From: Eledone cirrhosa
Lineage: Eukaryota
Direction: 5' to 3'
DNA length: 64,000 nt
NCBI GenBank assembly: GCA_964016885.1
Contig: OZ024740.1
Coordinates: forward strand, 184,078,001 to 184,142,000
The notes under the pieces are model-generated. The model was not told the origin of the DNA. It did not search any database and was given only the letters and a program-made list of their open reading frames with translations. Shown one piece after another: positions 11,215 to 23,030 of the stretch. Made by a program: the position numbers and the translations under genes. Each line of letters opens with the position of its first letter. Within the stretch, counting starts at the first letter, position 1.

Positions 11215-13620
11215 GATATTAATAAATGGAAACTATATTTATAAAACCATATTAATTTCACTATACATATTTCAGGGATACCACATTAAATGATGGTATG
11301 CCTTCATCAGACAAAATACAATATATAACAGTTTTACAAATAAGCTTTGACGTACCCTTTTAAAATGCAACCATTATTTTTGGAAGCCATCTGGATAGTG
11401 AATTGTTTATATTATTTTAATAAGTATTAGTGTTAAGGACAATTAGAAAAAGACAGAGAGAAAGAAAAAGACGGAGAGAGAGAATAAAAGAAAAAGAAAA
11501 AGAAAAAACGTGGAGAAATATCGGAGAGAGAGAGTAATGCATGGAGAAAAAAGAGAGGAAAACATTAATAGAATTTAATAACCAACTCTGGACTAGGGCA
11601 GATAGAAATAATAATTTAGACATAAGTATGGGATCATCAGACTCAGCTCAGGTAACGGACCTTGTGGGCCTATTTATAATTAATTCGCTACATAGAAAAA
11701 TACCAGTTGTAACCGGAGGCTTATATCGTGATGACATGCTTTTACTTATACAAAATAATAGCTGTGAACTAAATTGAATAAGAAAACAAATTATACAATT
11801 TTTTAATTACCTTAATCTAAAAGTAGAAATAGAGAATAACCATAAAATAGTCAATTTTCTTGACGTAACACTAAATCTCAACACATGTCTTCATTATCCA
11901 TTTCACAAACTAAATGAGAATTATGTCAATGTTAACTCTAATCACCCCAGATTTGTTAAAAATACTATAGTGAACTCTGTTCAAGAAAGAATTTAAAGAA
12001 TTTCATCTAATAAAAATATATTTGATGAAAAAGCGCAGTGTTACAACGAAGCGTTAGGTAGAGCTGGATATAGAAATAAAATTAAATACATCAATAATAA
12101 TAATAATAAGCAAACTAACCAAAATAATAACAATTTTGATTATGGTAACAACTTTAACAACTATAATAGAAAACATTACAATAATTCCAAAAGCCGAAAA
12201 AGAAATAGAACTAGAAATATATTATGGTTTGCTCCCCCTTTCTCACTAAATATTAAAACCCCTATTGCTAAACTATTCTTTAAAGCTCTTGACAAACGCT
12301 TCCCTAGAACACATAAATATTACTCAATTTTTAATAAACACACTATAAAATTAACTTACTCGTCCACTAAAAATTTAGCACAAAATATTAATAGAATTAA
12401 TAATAGAAATGTAAAACCTAACCAAAATACCAATAATAACCCAAACAATATTCAATTGAATAACTGTAACTGTAGAAATAAATCTAACTGTCCGTTAAAT
12501 AACAACTGCTTAGCTAAAAATGTAGTGTACAATTGTAATGTTAAAACTAATTTAAATTCATTTAACTATGTTGGTTCTACCTCTACAGAATTTAAATTTC
12601 GCTTCAATAATCATAAAAATTCTTTCACAGATCCAAACAAAAAATCTCCAACTTCGTTGTCTAGCCTACTATGGGACTTAAAACGAGATAATGTTAAATA
12701 TTCGATGACTTGGAATATTATTTCATAAGCTACTCCTTTTAATTCCTCTTCAGAAAATTGTGATCTTTGTATTGAAGAAATATTCTTTATATTAAAGTCC
12801 AAAAATTCCCTTAATTTAAGGAATCATTTATTCAGTTGCTCCAGACATAGATTGAACTCAACGTTTAAATATAAATATAAATTTAAAATGTAGTATAAGT
12901 AATTAAGTAATTGAGTTAATATATAAAACCTGTCGATAAATCATTAGATTTCTTTTTAAACTTTCTTCCTAAATATAAACATAGATATAATAAACTACTC
13001 TAAAATGTCTATACTTCCAATGTCTTAAATAAAATATACGTAAGATAAATTTCTATACTAAATATAACGATATCTGTAGAATCCTCGGCTTTTTAAAATT
13101 TTTTTAATTTTAAAATTTTAAAATTTTTTTAACTTTTTTAAATTTTTTTAATTTTTTTAATTTTTTAAATTTTTAAATTTTTAAATTTTTAAATTATATT
13201 GATATAATATTTATTTAACTTTTATTTTTATTTTTATTTTTATTTATTTTTATTAGTTTTGTTTTGATTCTGATAGCTTCTAATAATTTTCATAAGTCTA
13301 CCCTTTCAATATCTTGATTGAAATATACGTAGGATAAATTTCTATACTAAATATATGAAACATATTATTTTAACTTAAGATACTCTATTGTGTTTTAAAG
13401 ATATTTAATGCTTTGATATTTCTAGAATTCGTTTGTCCTTTTGACTATACTGATATAATTGTATTTCCAAAATATAATCCTTTTGGTATTTTAAATTTAT
13501 ATTGTTATAATTATATTTCCAAATTATAATCCTTAGTAATATATTGATATTTGATTATCTCTATACAAATGTGTATGTGTGTATTAACATGCATATAAAA
13601 GTGTTATAGGTTTTTTATGA
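11212..13620 (+). mobile_element. Penelope-like element, 5'-truncated and degenerate (RT plus C-terminal GIY-YIG), with inverted pLTR at the 5' end
   Basis: MGSSDSAQVTDLVGL, GGLYRDD, NFLDVTLNL, CNCRNKSNCPL, YVGSTSTEFKFRFNNH, CDLC; 11212-11555 matches the inverted repeat of the 51128-54800 copy. Confidence 0.92.
11256..11316 (-). ncRNA. Hammerhead ribozyme motif in inverted pLTR
   Basis: Minus strand: ttttgt-CTGATGA-aggcatacca...tggtatccct-GAAA-tatgtata-gtgaaa; good stem II, weak stems I and III. Confidence 0.6.
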
Positions 13621-13961
13621 TTGTATATGTGTCTGTATGTATACATGAGTGATGCGTGAAGACGCACGCAAATATTTATTTATACATATATATGTGTATA
13701 TATATATATATATATGTATGTGTGTGGGTAAGAGATATGTTGCCTAACCACGCAGTTTTGATTGCAGATATGCATAATTTTAACAGAATGTTAAATGCAT
13801 GAATGGTAATCGTATATATGAAGACATGAATGGTAATCGTATATTTATGTATATGTACTGTGAACTTTTTATAACACAAGGAATGTATAGCTGTGATTAA
13901 GAGAAATCGTCTGCGTTTTGTATGTCTATATTGTTGACTTGAGTAAATATAATTTCTATTT

Positions 13962-14417
13962 TCAGGACGTGGCGTAGAGTATTTCCAGGATCTCAGCGGC
14001 GCAGAGGTCACATGGTCTTTTGTTTCCGTTATACGATCTAGCCCAAGCTACCCAGTGTAACTTATATTGGGTGTGGTTGTCTTTTAGACACCAGATATAA
14101 TCTGAAAGTGACGTCATATTCCTTCTTAGAAGGTAACGAAAAGAATGGGTATGCATGTAAAGACGCTGCTTGAATCTATTGGCGGTTAACTCTATGTAGG
14201 CCCTACGAGACGTGGGTGTTACAACCTTACATTTGTAGACAATGTTACTAGAGAGGCATTTCCCGGATAGGGGGCAATCAACCCGATTCCTACAATTACA
14301 GTTAGTACTACCTACAGGGTTGCACGTGTTCCTATGGCTAGGTAGTTTAGCTGAATTTGAAGCTGTGATGTTATGTGCAAGGTTAGGAGACGTAGAGTAA
14401 GAAATGTTAATACCCAT
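13962..14417 (-). mobile_element. Penelope-like GIY-YIG endonuclease fragment
   Basis: CNCRNRVDCPLSGKC...IVYKC...AYIELTANRFKQRLYMH...LSDYIWCLK...CDLCAAE. Confidence 0.9.
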
Positions 14418-14781
14418 TCCACGTGAGTATAGGCGCCGGCGATTCTGTGGAGGTTACTGATCTTATCGGCCTTTTCCTTCTTTTCTCTATCAAGGACGAA
14501 TTCCCTAACGTGGGCGGTGGTTTGTACCGTGATGATGGTCTTTTGACCATGACTATGTGCGGCCCACGTGCTTGAGACAGGTTCAGAAAAGAACTCACAG
14601 CCTTCTTTAAAGGCTTCAACCTATCTATACAGGTTGAGGTCAACCTCTCGGTCGTTAATTACCTCGACCTTACCCTCAATTTATCGAATGGCTTGTATTA
14701 CCCGTATAGAAAACCGAATGATACGCTTAATTACATAAGGAAGCATTCCAACCATCCTGCCAGCATAACCAAGAACCTGGT
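14418..14781 (+). mobile_element. Penelope-like RT fragment, inverted relative to the adjacent GIY-YIG part
   Basis: Hand translation: SIGAGDSVEVTDLIGLF...GGGLYRDDGLL...VNYLDLTLNL...YYPYRKPND...SNHPASITKNL. Confidence 0.88.
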
Positions 14782-14801
14782 AATACATATATATATACAC
14801 T

Positions 14802-14837
<36 letters not shown>

Positions 14838-15850
14838 CGGAATATATATTTTCAAAACTCTTCAATACCTAACGAGTTATAGCAAGTAGGGAAATTCTCC
14901 CTATTGAACATGATCTCAACAGTAATACTGAGGCTGAAATAGGGAAATGAGGGAGGCAAAATAGGGCGATTTCTCATAATGGGAGCTATACCCATTTTCA
15001 CAAAAGAAAACATCTCTCAGCTACCCCGAAGTGGGTGAGAGATCTCCCTGTCGGACTGGTAGAGCTGATACGTCTGTATATCTACACCGTAAGTTTATCT
15101 GGAATCTCAGACACCAAAATATCGTGACGCTTCTTGAAAATATCTATATTCAACCCACGGGGATCACCCAGTCTTTTGCCAGCATATTAAAAAGGTGGGT
15201 TCCTTTAAATCTCAAACTATTGTAGTATTTGTTCCTTTCTCTATATGTGGAGAGTGAAACATTAGCACTAAGCGATGTCATCGTGATCGAGGGTGGTTCT
15301 CAGAGCTGAAATCTGGTGCTAGAGTTCCAGGATATTGCACGCATACGCACACAGATATATTTAAACACCTTTCTTTAGACTTGGTTTCCTGCATATGGTC
15401 AACTCTTAATGCACATTGAGCTTGAAGCACCTGACCAAAAATGTTGCTGGATTAATCTACTATAATTTTATATAAATATATATATATATATATATATAAA
15501 TATATATATGTAGATAAATCTACCAAAATATACGGTAGTGTCCAATCCGTATGAAGAACTCAATGTAATCCAAATATCATGAAAAGAGAAGATGCATTAA
15601 AAAACTTTCGATGAAAATCACAGAAAAACAGTCATTATTTCTGAAGACAGCATATATATGTGAAGGTATGTATATTTCCTCTGATAGTTTGTAAAATTGT
15701 TAGATAAATTTTTACATAGATCTATATGATATACATAAAAACACACATATATATCCTAGAAACGATCGTAAAATGATGAAGTTTTTAATATAAGGAACTT
15801 GTTCTTTGTTTTTATTCATTGTTTTTATTAATTTATATATATATATATAT

Positions 15851-16886
15851 ATATTCATTAGTTAAGCAAAACAAGACCACATATTTCACAAGGAAAACAT
15901 TATTAAAAGATTGTCAACATATTTTAGTTTGATGTAAGGAATGTAGAGAATAATAATAATAATATTAATAATAATAATGTCCGTTTACAATTGTTTCGCT
16001 ACTCCATATAATATTTCTGGATCAAATGATTATAGATCATTATAGATCTAGTTCAGTTGAAAATAATTAACTTAGGTAAAATTAGAGCAGCTCATCGGAA
16101 CTTCAAAATGAATATAAATTAAAATAAGGAAATAATGTTACATGAATGTAAAGTTCCATATATTGGTAATTCACTATGGTGTACTGGGTATATCTATTGT
16201 CTGCCATAGTCGAGCAGTATTCTTCTGTCGAGGCTGCATTGTGTGAGATCTGCCTATGGGTAACAAGATGGCCACCAATGGACATATTTACCTTACTAAT
16301 TAGAGGATGGTTTCAGGGGAAGTAAGTCCTCGAGAAATTAGAAATTGTGGGTAGTTTATAGTTAAGAAGTGGTAATTTTTTAATTTTTTAATTGAGAGAC
16401 AATTAAGGGAGGTAACTTATAATTATCTAAGTTAGCTATAACTATTTAACTTATTAGCTACAAGTAAAAATGGGGCTAGATGACTATGTTGGGCCAAATA
16501 TTCTGTTGGCGAAGGAATTAGCCCTTCGATATTGACAGCTAATAGTTAGCTCCGTTCTATTGTTAATCGGTAGAGGTCGTGATAGAGTTATGTAATATGC
16601 TTCGGTAAGACAGAAGTCACAAGAGTTTCTTCGTCCATTGAACGGTTGGGCCCTAGTCAAGATATCCCATGTTAGTGAGTGTTCAATGTTGGTTAATTTA
16701 AGGTTTTTAATTTGATCCTGAAATATTATATGGAGTAGCGAAACAATTGTAAACGGACATTATTATTATTAATATTATTATTATTATTCTCTACATTCCT
16801 TACATCAAACTAAAATATGTTGACAATCTTTTAATAATGTCTTCCTTGTGAAATGTCCGGTCTTGTTTTGCTTAACTAATGAATAT
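15851..16886 (-). mobile_element. Short 5'-truncated Penelope-like element with inverted pLTR
   Basis: Minus-strand 16710-16510 translates as LTWDILTRAQPFNGRRNSCDFCLTEAYYI...NNRTELTISCQYR (GIY-YIG C-terminus); 16710-16886 is an inverted copy of 15851-16027. Confidence 0.85.
15983..16101 (-). ncRNA. Hammerhead motif (core variant CCGATGA) with large stem II loop
   Basis: Minus strand: gtt-CCGATGA-gctgctcta...tggagtagc-GAAA-caattg-TA-aac; palindromic stem III ACAATTGT. Confidence 0.7.
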
Positions 16887-17077
16887 TTCCAGCTCTGTGC
16901 ACCTAACCTCTGCATGAACCCAGCCACCTAGCTGCCTTCCACTGCATATTGCACATTAAGCACATGCCTTTACGCTTTGGCTTCTAACTAATTCACCAAT
17001 CTCCCTTCTCCTCTCCTATCTACTCTCCTATCTCCATCTCTCTCTTTAATATTGGTTACTCTTGAACTGTGTGTATA

Positions 17078-17130
<53 letters not shown>

Positions 17131-17135
<5 letters not shown>

Positions 17136-17324
17136 GAAGGAAGTGGGGTAAGGAACCAGATGGACCATAACGCACCAGAGTACTCAATACTTAAAGTAGT
17201 AGAGAGGGTAATAGGAAAATGTTTAACCCCGACTGCAGGGCTCAAGCCGTTTCGACGCTTATTTCAGTCCAGAAATAGCCGTCGAAACAGCTTGAGCTCT
17301 GCCGTCGGGGTTAAACATTTTCCT
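17131..17324. mobile_element. Short TA-flanked repeat with terminal fold-back; family also at 36103-36231 and 50959-51097
   Basis: Shared end ggtaaggaaccagatggaccataacgcaccagagtactc; inverted arms ~17212-17262 / 17273-17324. Confidence 0.7.
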
Positions 17325-17344
17325 ACACACACATATATATATAT

Positions 17345-17410
<66 letters not shown>

Positions 17411-17625
17411 TTTGTGGTGCTGAGACAGAGGAGACGACTAATCATGTGATTACTCGATACGTAGGGAGATGTATCGTGTGTACAGGTATATGTCAAATCC
17501 CAACCACTTTGACTACGCTCTTGAAAAAGCTTGTTGTCACACAAGCCTAAAAGACTTGGCACCACAGTCGAGATTTTACATGTGTCTCTCTTTTGTTCTT
17601 TCTTTCTCCCCCGTCTCTCACTACA

Positions 17626-17640
17626 TCTGTATAAAATTAA

Positions 17641-17678
<38 letters not shown>

Positions 17679-18471
17679 ATTACTTATAGGGGCCTACATC
17701 TTACGACCGATTTTCATGAACCTTTACAGGCTCATAGATTAGTCATCGTGGAGGGTTTTCTATATATCAGCGTATCGTTTTTTTTTTATTCCGGCGTCAT
17801 TCTGCAGATAAAAGTCGATAGGGAGGTCACCTCTTTTTAGGTATCGAAAAATAAGATTTTTTTGCTCTAGCTCCCACATTTTGCCACCGATTTCGTTCAG
17901 ATACGAAACCGCGGCTCCACTTCACACATAAATCAATTTATTTGTTTCAACTTTTATACTACGATAGAACCTATCATTGCACATCTTATAGTACTCTTAC
18001 ACTTTGCATTTTTTGGTCAGGGACGGCGACCTATCATTAACTCCCACATTTTTCAACCGATTGCGTTCAAATTCGAAACTTCGGCTCCACCTCACACATA
18101 AATCAATTTATTTGGTTCAACTTTTATACTACGATAGATCCTATCATTACACATCTTATAGATGGTCAAAGGCAAAACGATGGCCACTGACGTCGTCTGA
18201 ACTTTTAGTTGTGTATTTGAGAATTCATCGGTTTCCAATCAAGTAGCGTGAGGAAATTTGGCTTAGTGTTAGAGATCTTTACATCCCTCCCCCAGGATGC
18301 CCTTTCGTCAGTCACCCACGTTTCTCAGTGATAGAGGTCATCACCACCCTCCCCCGCATGGCCTGTGTGTGGGCATAGATGAGTCATCGAGAAGCAGTCG
18401 CTAACATCAACATCTTTACATCAAAGCATATATTCTTTTACCTACCCAGGCAACGCTGTGTACTGCTGCTA

Positions 18472-18472
<1 letters not shown>
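17626..18472 (+). mobile_element. Non-autonomous Helitron
   Basis: A|TC start, internal (TG)n and duplicated block (17865-17990 / 18035-18160), 3' cccaggcaacgctgtg...CTAG|T. Confidence 0.7.
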
Positions 18473-18549
<77 letters not shown>

Positions 18550-18934
18550 TAAAATAACAGATTAAAGTTTAAGCAAAGACTCGCTGCTTTCACCCTTAAC
18601 GGGATCTTCTGAAACTAACAAAGTCAATCTGTAAACGCAGAACTGGATATTTCAAAAAACATTGCAACCGGAGGAAGACAGGAAGACGATACTTTGGTTC
18701 GTGGAAACGTTCGCTGGCTAAGAACGGGAAAAAACGAATAATACGTCATTAATAGGAGCGGTGAAAAACAATTACGCGCAAAGACAGAACCACGTTTATG
18801 GTATAATAGAGGTCGTAGACTAATGTTCGCTTAGGTGGTGCATAGAGACGTTCTCTGGCGATGAACAAAAAAACGAAGATAATACGTCATATGTGGAGCG
18901 TGGAGAACAATAGCACGCAAATTATTATTATTAT

Positions 18935-19011
<77 letters not shown>

Positions 19012-20315
19012 CATTACTACCTAGCTTTCCTGTCATGGTTCCAGGTAGCAAGGTCTTTATTCTTTTAGTCTGCCCTATTAGCTAATCTATTTCAATGGGG
19101 CAATCTTCCCAGTATAGCATCATTGGAGTAATTCTGTTCCCGCATTTAATTTGACACGATGAGGCTACCATAATTGAGAGCAATTCTACGTCTGGCTGAG
19201 GATAAATATGCAGCACAGTATCAGTAAAAATTCCCAATCCCTTGTATTGTATGATCTCAGAATCCATTTCACCAGTCACATGCTCTTTACTGCTATCTTG
19301 ATTGTATGCACATGAAATGGCATCTCATTGATTATCTCACTTTCATGTTTATGTCTTTATTTAAACTCGGATATTGCAACCCCTCTAGATCTAGCGTACC
19401 TCTGTTGCATACACACATATTAATATGTATGTGTGTATATACATATAGGTAATATTGAAGGCATATATGATACAGTTATATAAAATAAAGATACAAAATT
19501 CGTGCCATGAATCTTCGAAGCTTTTTGTAGCTGTCTTCAGTAGCCGTTGAAAATGTTTATCTATTGTGTATATGACATATACTCAACCTGTAATGAGACA
19601 AGAATAAGCTAAAAGCTTATATGTTTTTTGCGTATAAAACATCGACTGAAGATTCTCATTTGCATATATTATAAAGCAATACATCGCTTGCACATAAGGT
19701 GTGCGCATAACTGGCTAGTATTAATAAGCAGTAGCACTGTCATATCGTGATCATTAACAGAAATGTATATTACTAGATCAATCGTTAGGCACGTACGCTT
19801 GTTACTGTTAAATATATGCAAATAAGTGTTTCTAATTTTGGCACAAGGCCAGCAATGAGACAATCATTAAAATATAAATACAAGAGCAAAAGTAAAATAT
19901 ATCTTAGAGAGGAAAATCAAGTTTAATCTCAACGTGATTTGAACTGAGAATCTAAAGCATTTAAACTAAATATTGCATTGTCTAATGCAGTAATGAATGT
20001 TTCAATATTTTTCCTTTGTACGTATTCACTGCTTTGTTATTGTTGATTTCTTTCGGCATAGTTTCTATATATTAAGAAGCAAATATTTAAAATGACAACA
20101 CCAACTCATAAGTTATCAACTTATATTATTCTTTATCTTGCACTAATTTGTGAGTGTAAGATAACACATCTTTCTCAGGAAGAGACATAAAATGTACGTT
20201 GCCAATCTCAGATTGCTTGTTGCTATCTTATTATCCTGTTAATATATAGATATATATATATATATATATGAAAATATGGGTGAGAAGAATACTGCATATA
20301 TATATATATGCAGCA

Positions 20316-20362
<47 letters not shown>

Positions 20363-21655
20363 AGATATATACATACACACACATACATGTATGTGTACAT
20401 ATATATGTGTGTTCTCACGCCGGTACGGGTATGTTTTATATCTTTGTTTCTTTAATTTGTAAGATTGATCTAAAAAATTATTTTTTTAATAAAAATTTAT
20501 CATCAAGAGTGAAAAAGTTATTTGTTTATCAATAAATCTTTCGGTCACTTGCAAATTATTTTCTGAATTTTTTAATTCATTTCTTCTTTATTACCGATTT
20601 CTTTAAATTTCTATTCTGAAGTAATCATTTCCCGAAATATTATCTAGTAATTTTATGAATATTAAAAAATTCTTAATTTTGAAACCCAATTATATATATA
20701 TTAATTAATAATACTTTGGTTTTTGTCATTAGAATTAAAATTAATTTTGTTGAAATCATATTTATTTTCCTTTAATTACATCTTTCTTTTTTAAATATAA
20801 AAAACAGATTATTTAACAACTAGGCCTTTTGTAAATGGATGTATAGGGGGTATTTCAAATCATGTCAACATTTTTGAACTGGTTACATTGTCTAATTAGA
20901 TTATGGAAGTGGGACGCAATATGATGTGTGAGGGGGATGTTTCTCAATTTTACACGATATCATTATAACGCCAACAATTATTTCATATTGAGGGAGAATT
21001 AAATTTTCAGATGTCATGATGTGGCATAAAGGAAAAGAATATACTTAGGCCTATTGATCTGTATACGTTGTGCAAAATATGATGATGTGTGCACCTGAAG
21101 TTTCAATCTTCTGAAGTTAAGAAATTTAATCTTCCATGTATATAGTTTAAAAATAAGGATGCGAATAAAAACAATATCAAGTAATATCATATCTGCTTAA
21201 TCATCAGACGGTGAAGCTGTTTGCATTCTCTATTTTTTTTCTCTGCTAAGCAATTTAAGAGTTAAATTTCAGAAACTGCATTGCTGAAAATAGGTGGATT
21301 CTCCGTCAATCCAAAAGATTACCATTTGTTTGTTCAATGTATTGAATTCCTCCATAGAAAATTAATATATAAGCGGTTAGGTTTTCTATATGCACATGTA
21401 CTTTTAACGTAATCCCAGGACCGAATCAATGTGGCACTATGACTGGACCTTTGAATTACAGATATGAGTGTATGTGTGTATGTGTGTGAGAGATAAATAC
21501 AATCTGTAATAGAGTGGCATTAATTTGTTGACTTCAAAAGGATGAAAACCAAAGATGTCTTAGACTTTATGTAAATACCAAGCGCTGGGAGCAAGAATAA
21601 ATACAAAATTGATTCTGTTCGACGCTTTGACAACTGTGCCAATTCTGCGTTTTTG

Positions 21656-22162
21656 GAAAGAGCATAAACACGAATTGTTAAAGCAGCAACACAAGAAAGA
21701 GCATAAACACGAATTGTTATAGCAGCAACACAAGAAAGAACATAAACACGAATTCTTATAGCAGCAACACAAGAAAGAGCATAAACACGAATTGTTAAAG
21801 CAGCAACACAAGAAAGAGCATAAGCACGAATTGTTAAAGCAGCAACACAAGAAAGAGCATAAACACGAATTGTTAAAGCAGCAACACAAGAAAGAGCATA
21901 AACACGAATTGTTAAAGCAGCAACACAAGAAAGAGCATAAACACGAATTGTTAAAGCAGCAACACAAGAAAGAGCATAAACACGAATTGTTATAGCAGCA
22001 ACACAAGAAAGAGCATAAACACGAATTGTTAAAGCAGCAACACAAGAAAGAGCATAAACACGAATTGTTATAGCAGCAACACAAGAAAGAGCATAAACAC
22101 GAATTGTTATAGCAGCAACACAAGAAAGAGCATAAACACGAATTGTTATAGCAGCAACACAA
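21656..22162. repeat. 39-bp minisatellite, 13 copies
   Basis: Unit gaaagagcataaacacgaattgttaWagcagcaacacaa; 507 bp = 13 x 39. Confidence 0.97.
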
Positions 22163-22844
22163 TTGAAATATGGCTTGTTATCTTAAATACCGACGTTCAA
22201 CTCGTCTTAAACACATATCTAAATTATTTAAGGCAATCATTGGACATTGGTGCAAACCCGTACAATTACACGACCATTGAATTGATCCTGTATATTTTTG
22301 GCAATTATTTGGTTGAAATCCTATACAGTAAATGAAATTTTACGTTCCTTTTTTATCCCCAGGTCAGTTTTAATTAAGCAAACTTATGCTAAAAGCTACT
22401 CCAGTCGCTACCATCCACTCAGACACAGTGTATCCACAAACATATTGTACAACCTGTTTCTACATTCTGATTTGACTGCTATTTCTTGTTGTTAGAAGGT
22501 TAGACAAAATACTTTGCTTCATATATTCAAACTGTTTATGTTCTAATAACACAAAGATCAACTTTGAGTTTCATCTTGTTTTGATGGTAGAATTCAACAG
22601 ATGCCTAGTTGAATATCAGCACACTGAACTTTGGTAATTTCAGGGATATCTCCTGCTATAATCATTTTTGTTTTGAGGATACCAACATTTGTTTCTTCCA
22701 CCAATCTTGGAGGCCCTGAAAATGGTTATGGACATTGCCCATCCTTCTCTTATTAAACAGAATAAAAAAGGTTGTTAACGCATGCAGTTCTGTCCTTGTT
22801 ATAGCATGTGAAGTTGATAATAATCGGTTCTGATTTAGGTACAC

Positions 22845-23030
22845 CGCCAACAATATGGAAGGAGGGGAAGGTCAATTAAATCTACCCCAGATCATTACTG
22901 GTACTTTATTTTATCGACCTCTGTAAGGATGAAAGGCAAAGTTATTCTCAGCAAGATTTGAACTCAGAATGTAAACGGGCGTAACTATATTCCGCAAAGC
23001 ATATTGTCCGACGCTCTACCGCTATTGATA
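22845..23030 (-). mobile_element. Octopus-type SINE
   Basis: tactggtactttattttatcgacctctgtaaggatgaaaggcaaagtt...atttgaactcagaa, the reverse of the 6695 family. Confidence 0.75.

Noticed and set aside
18575-18615. Minus-strand CAGAAGAtccc...gggtGAAA motif (a similar CTGAAGA...GAAG motif lies at ~19505-19545)
   Set aside because: Core substitutions and no convincing stems I/III
21656-22162. CRISPR-like array
   Set aside because: Repeats are contiguous with no unique spacers, there are no cas genes, and the context is eukaryotic
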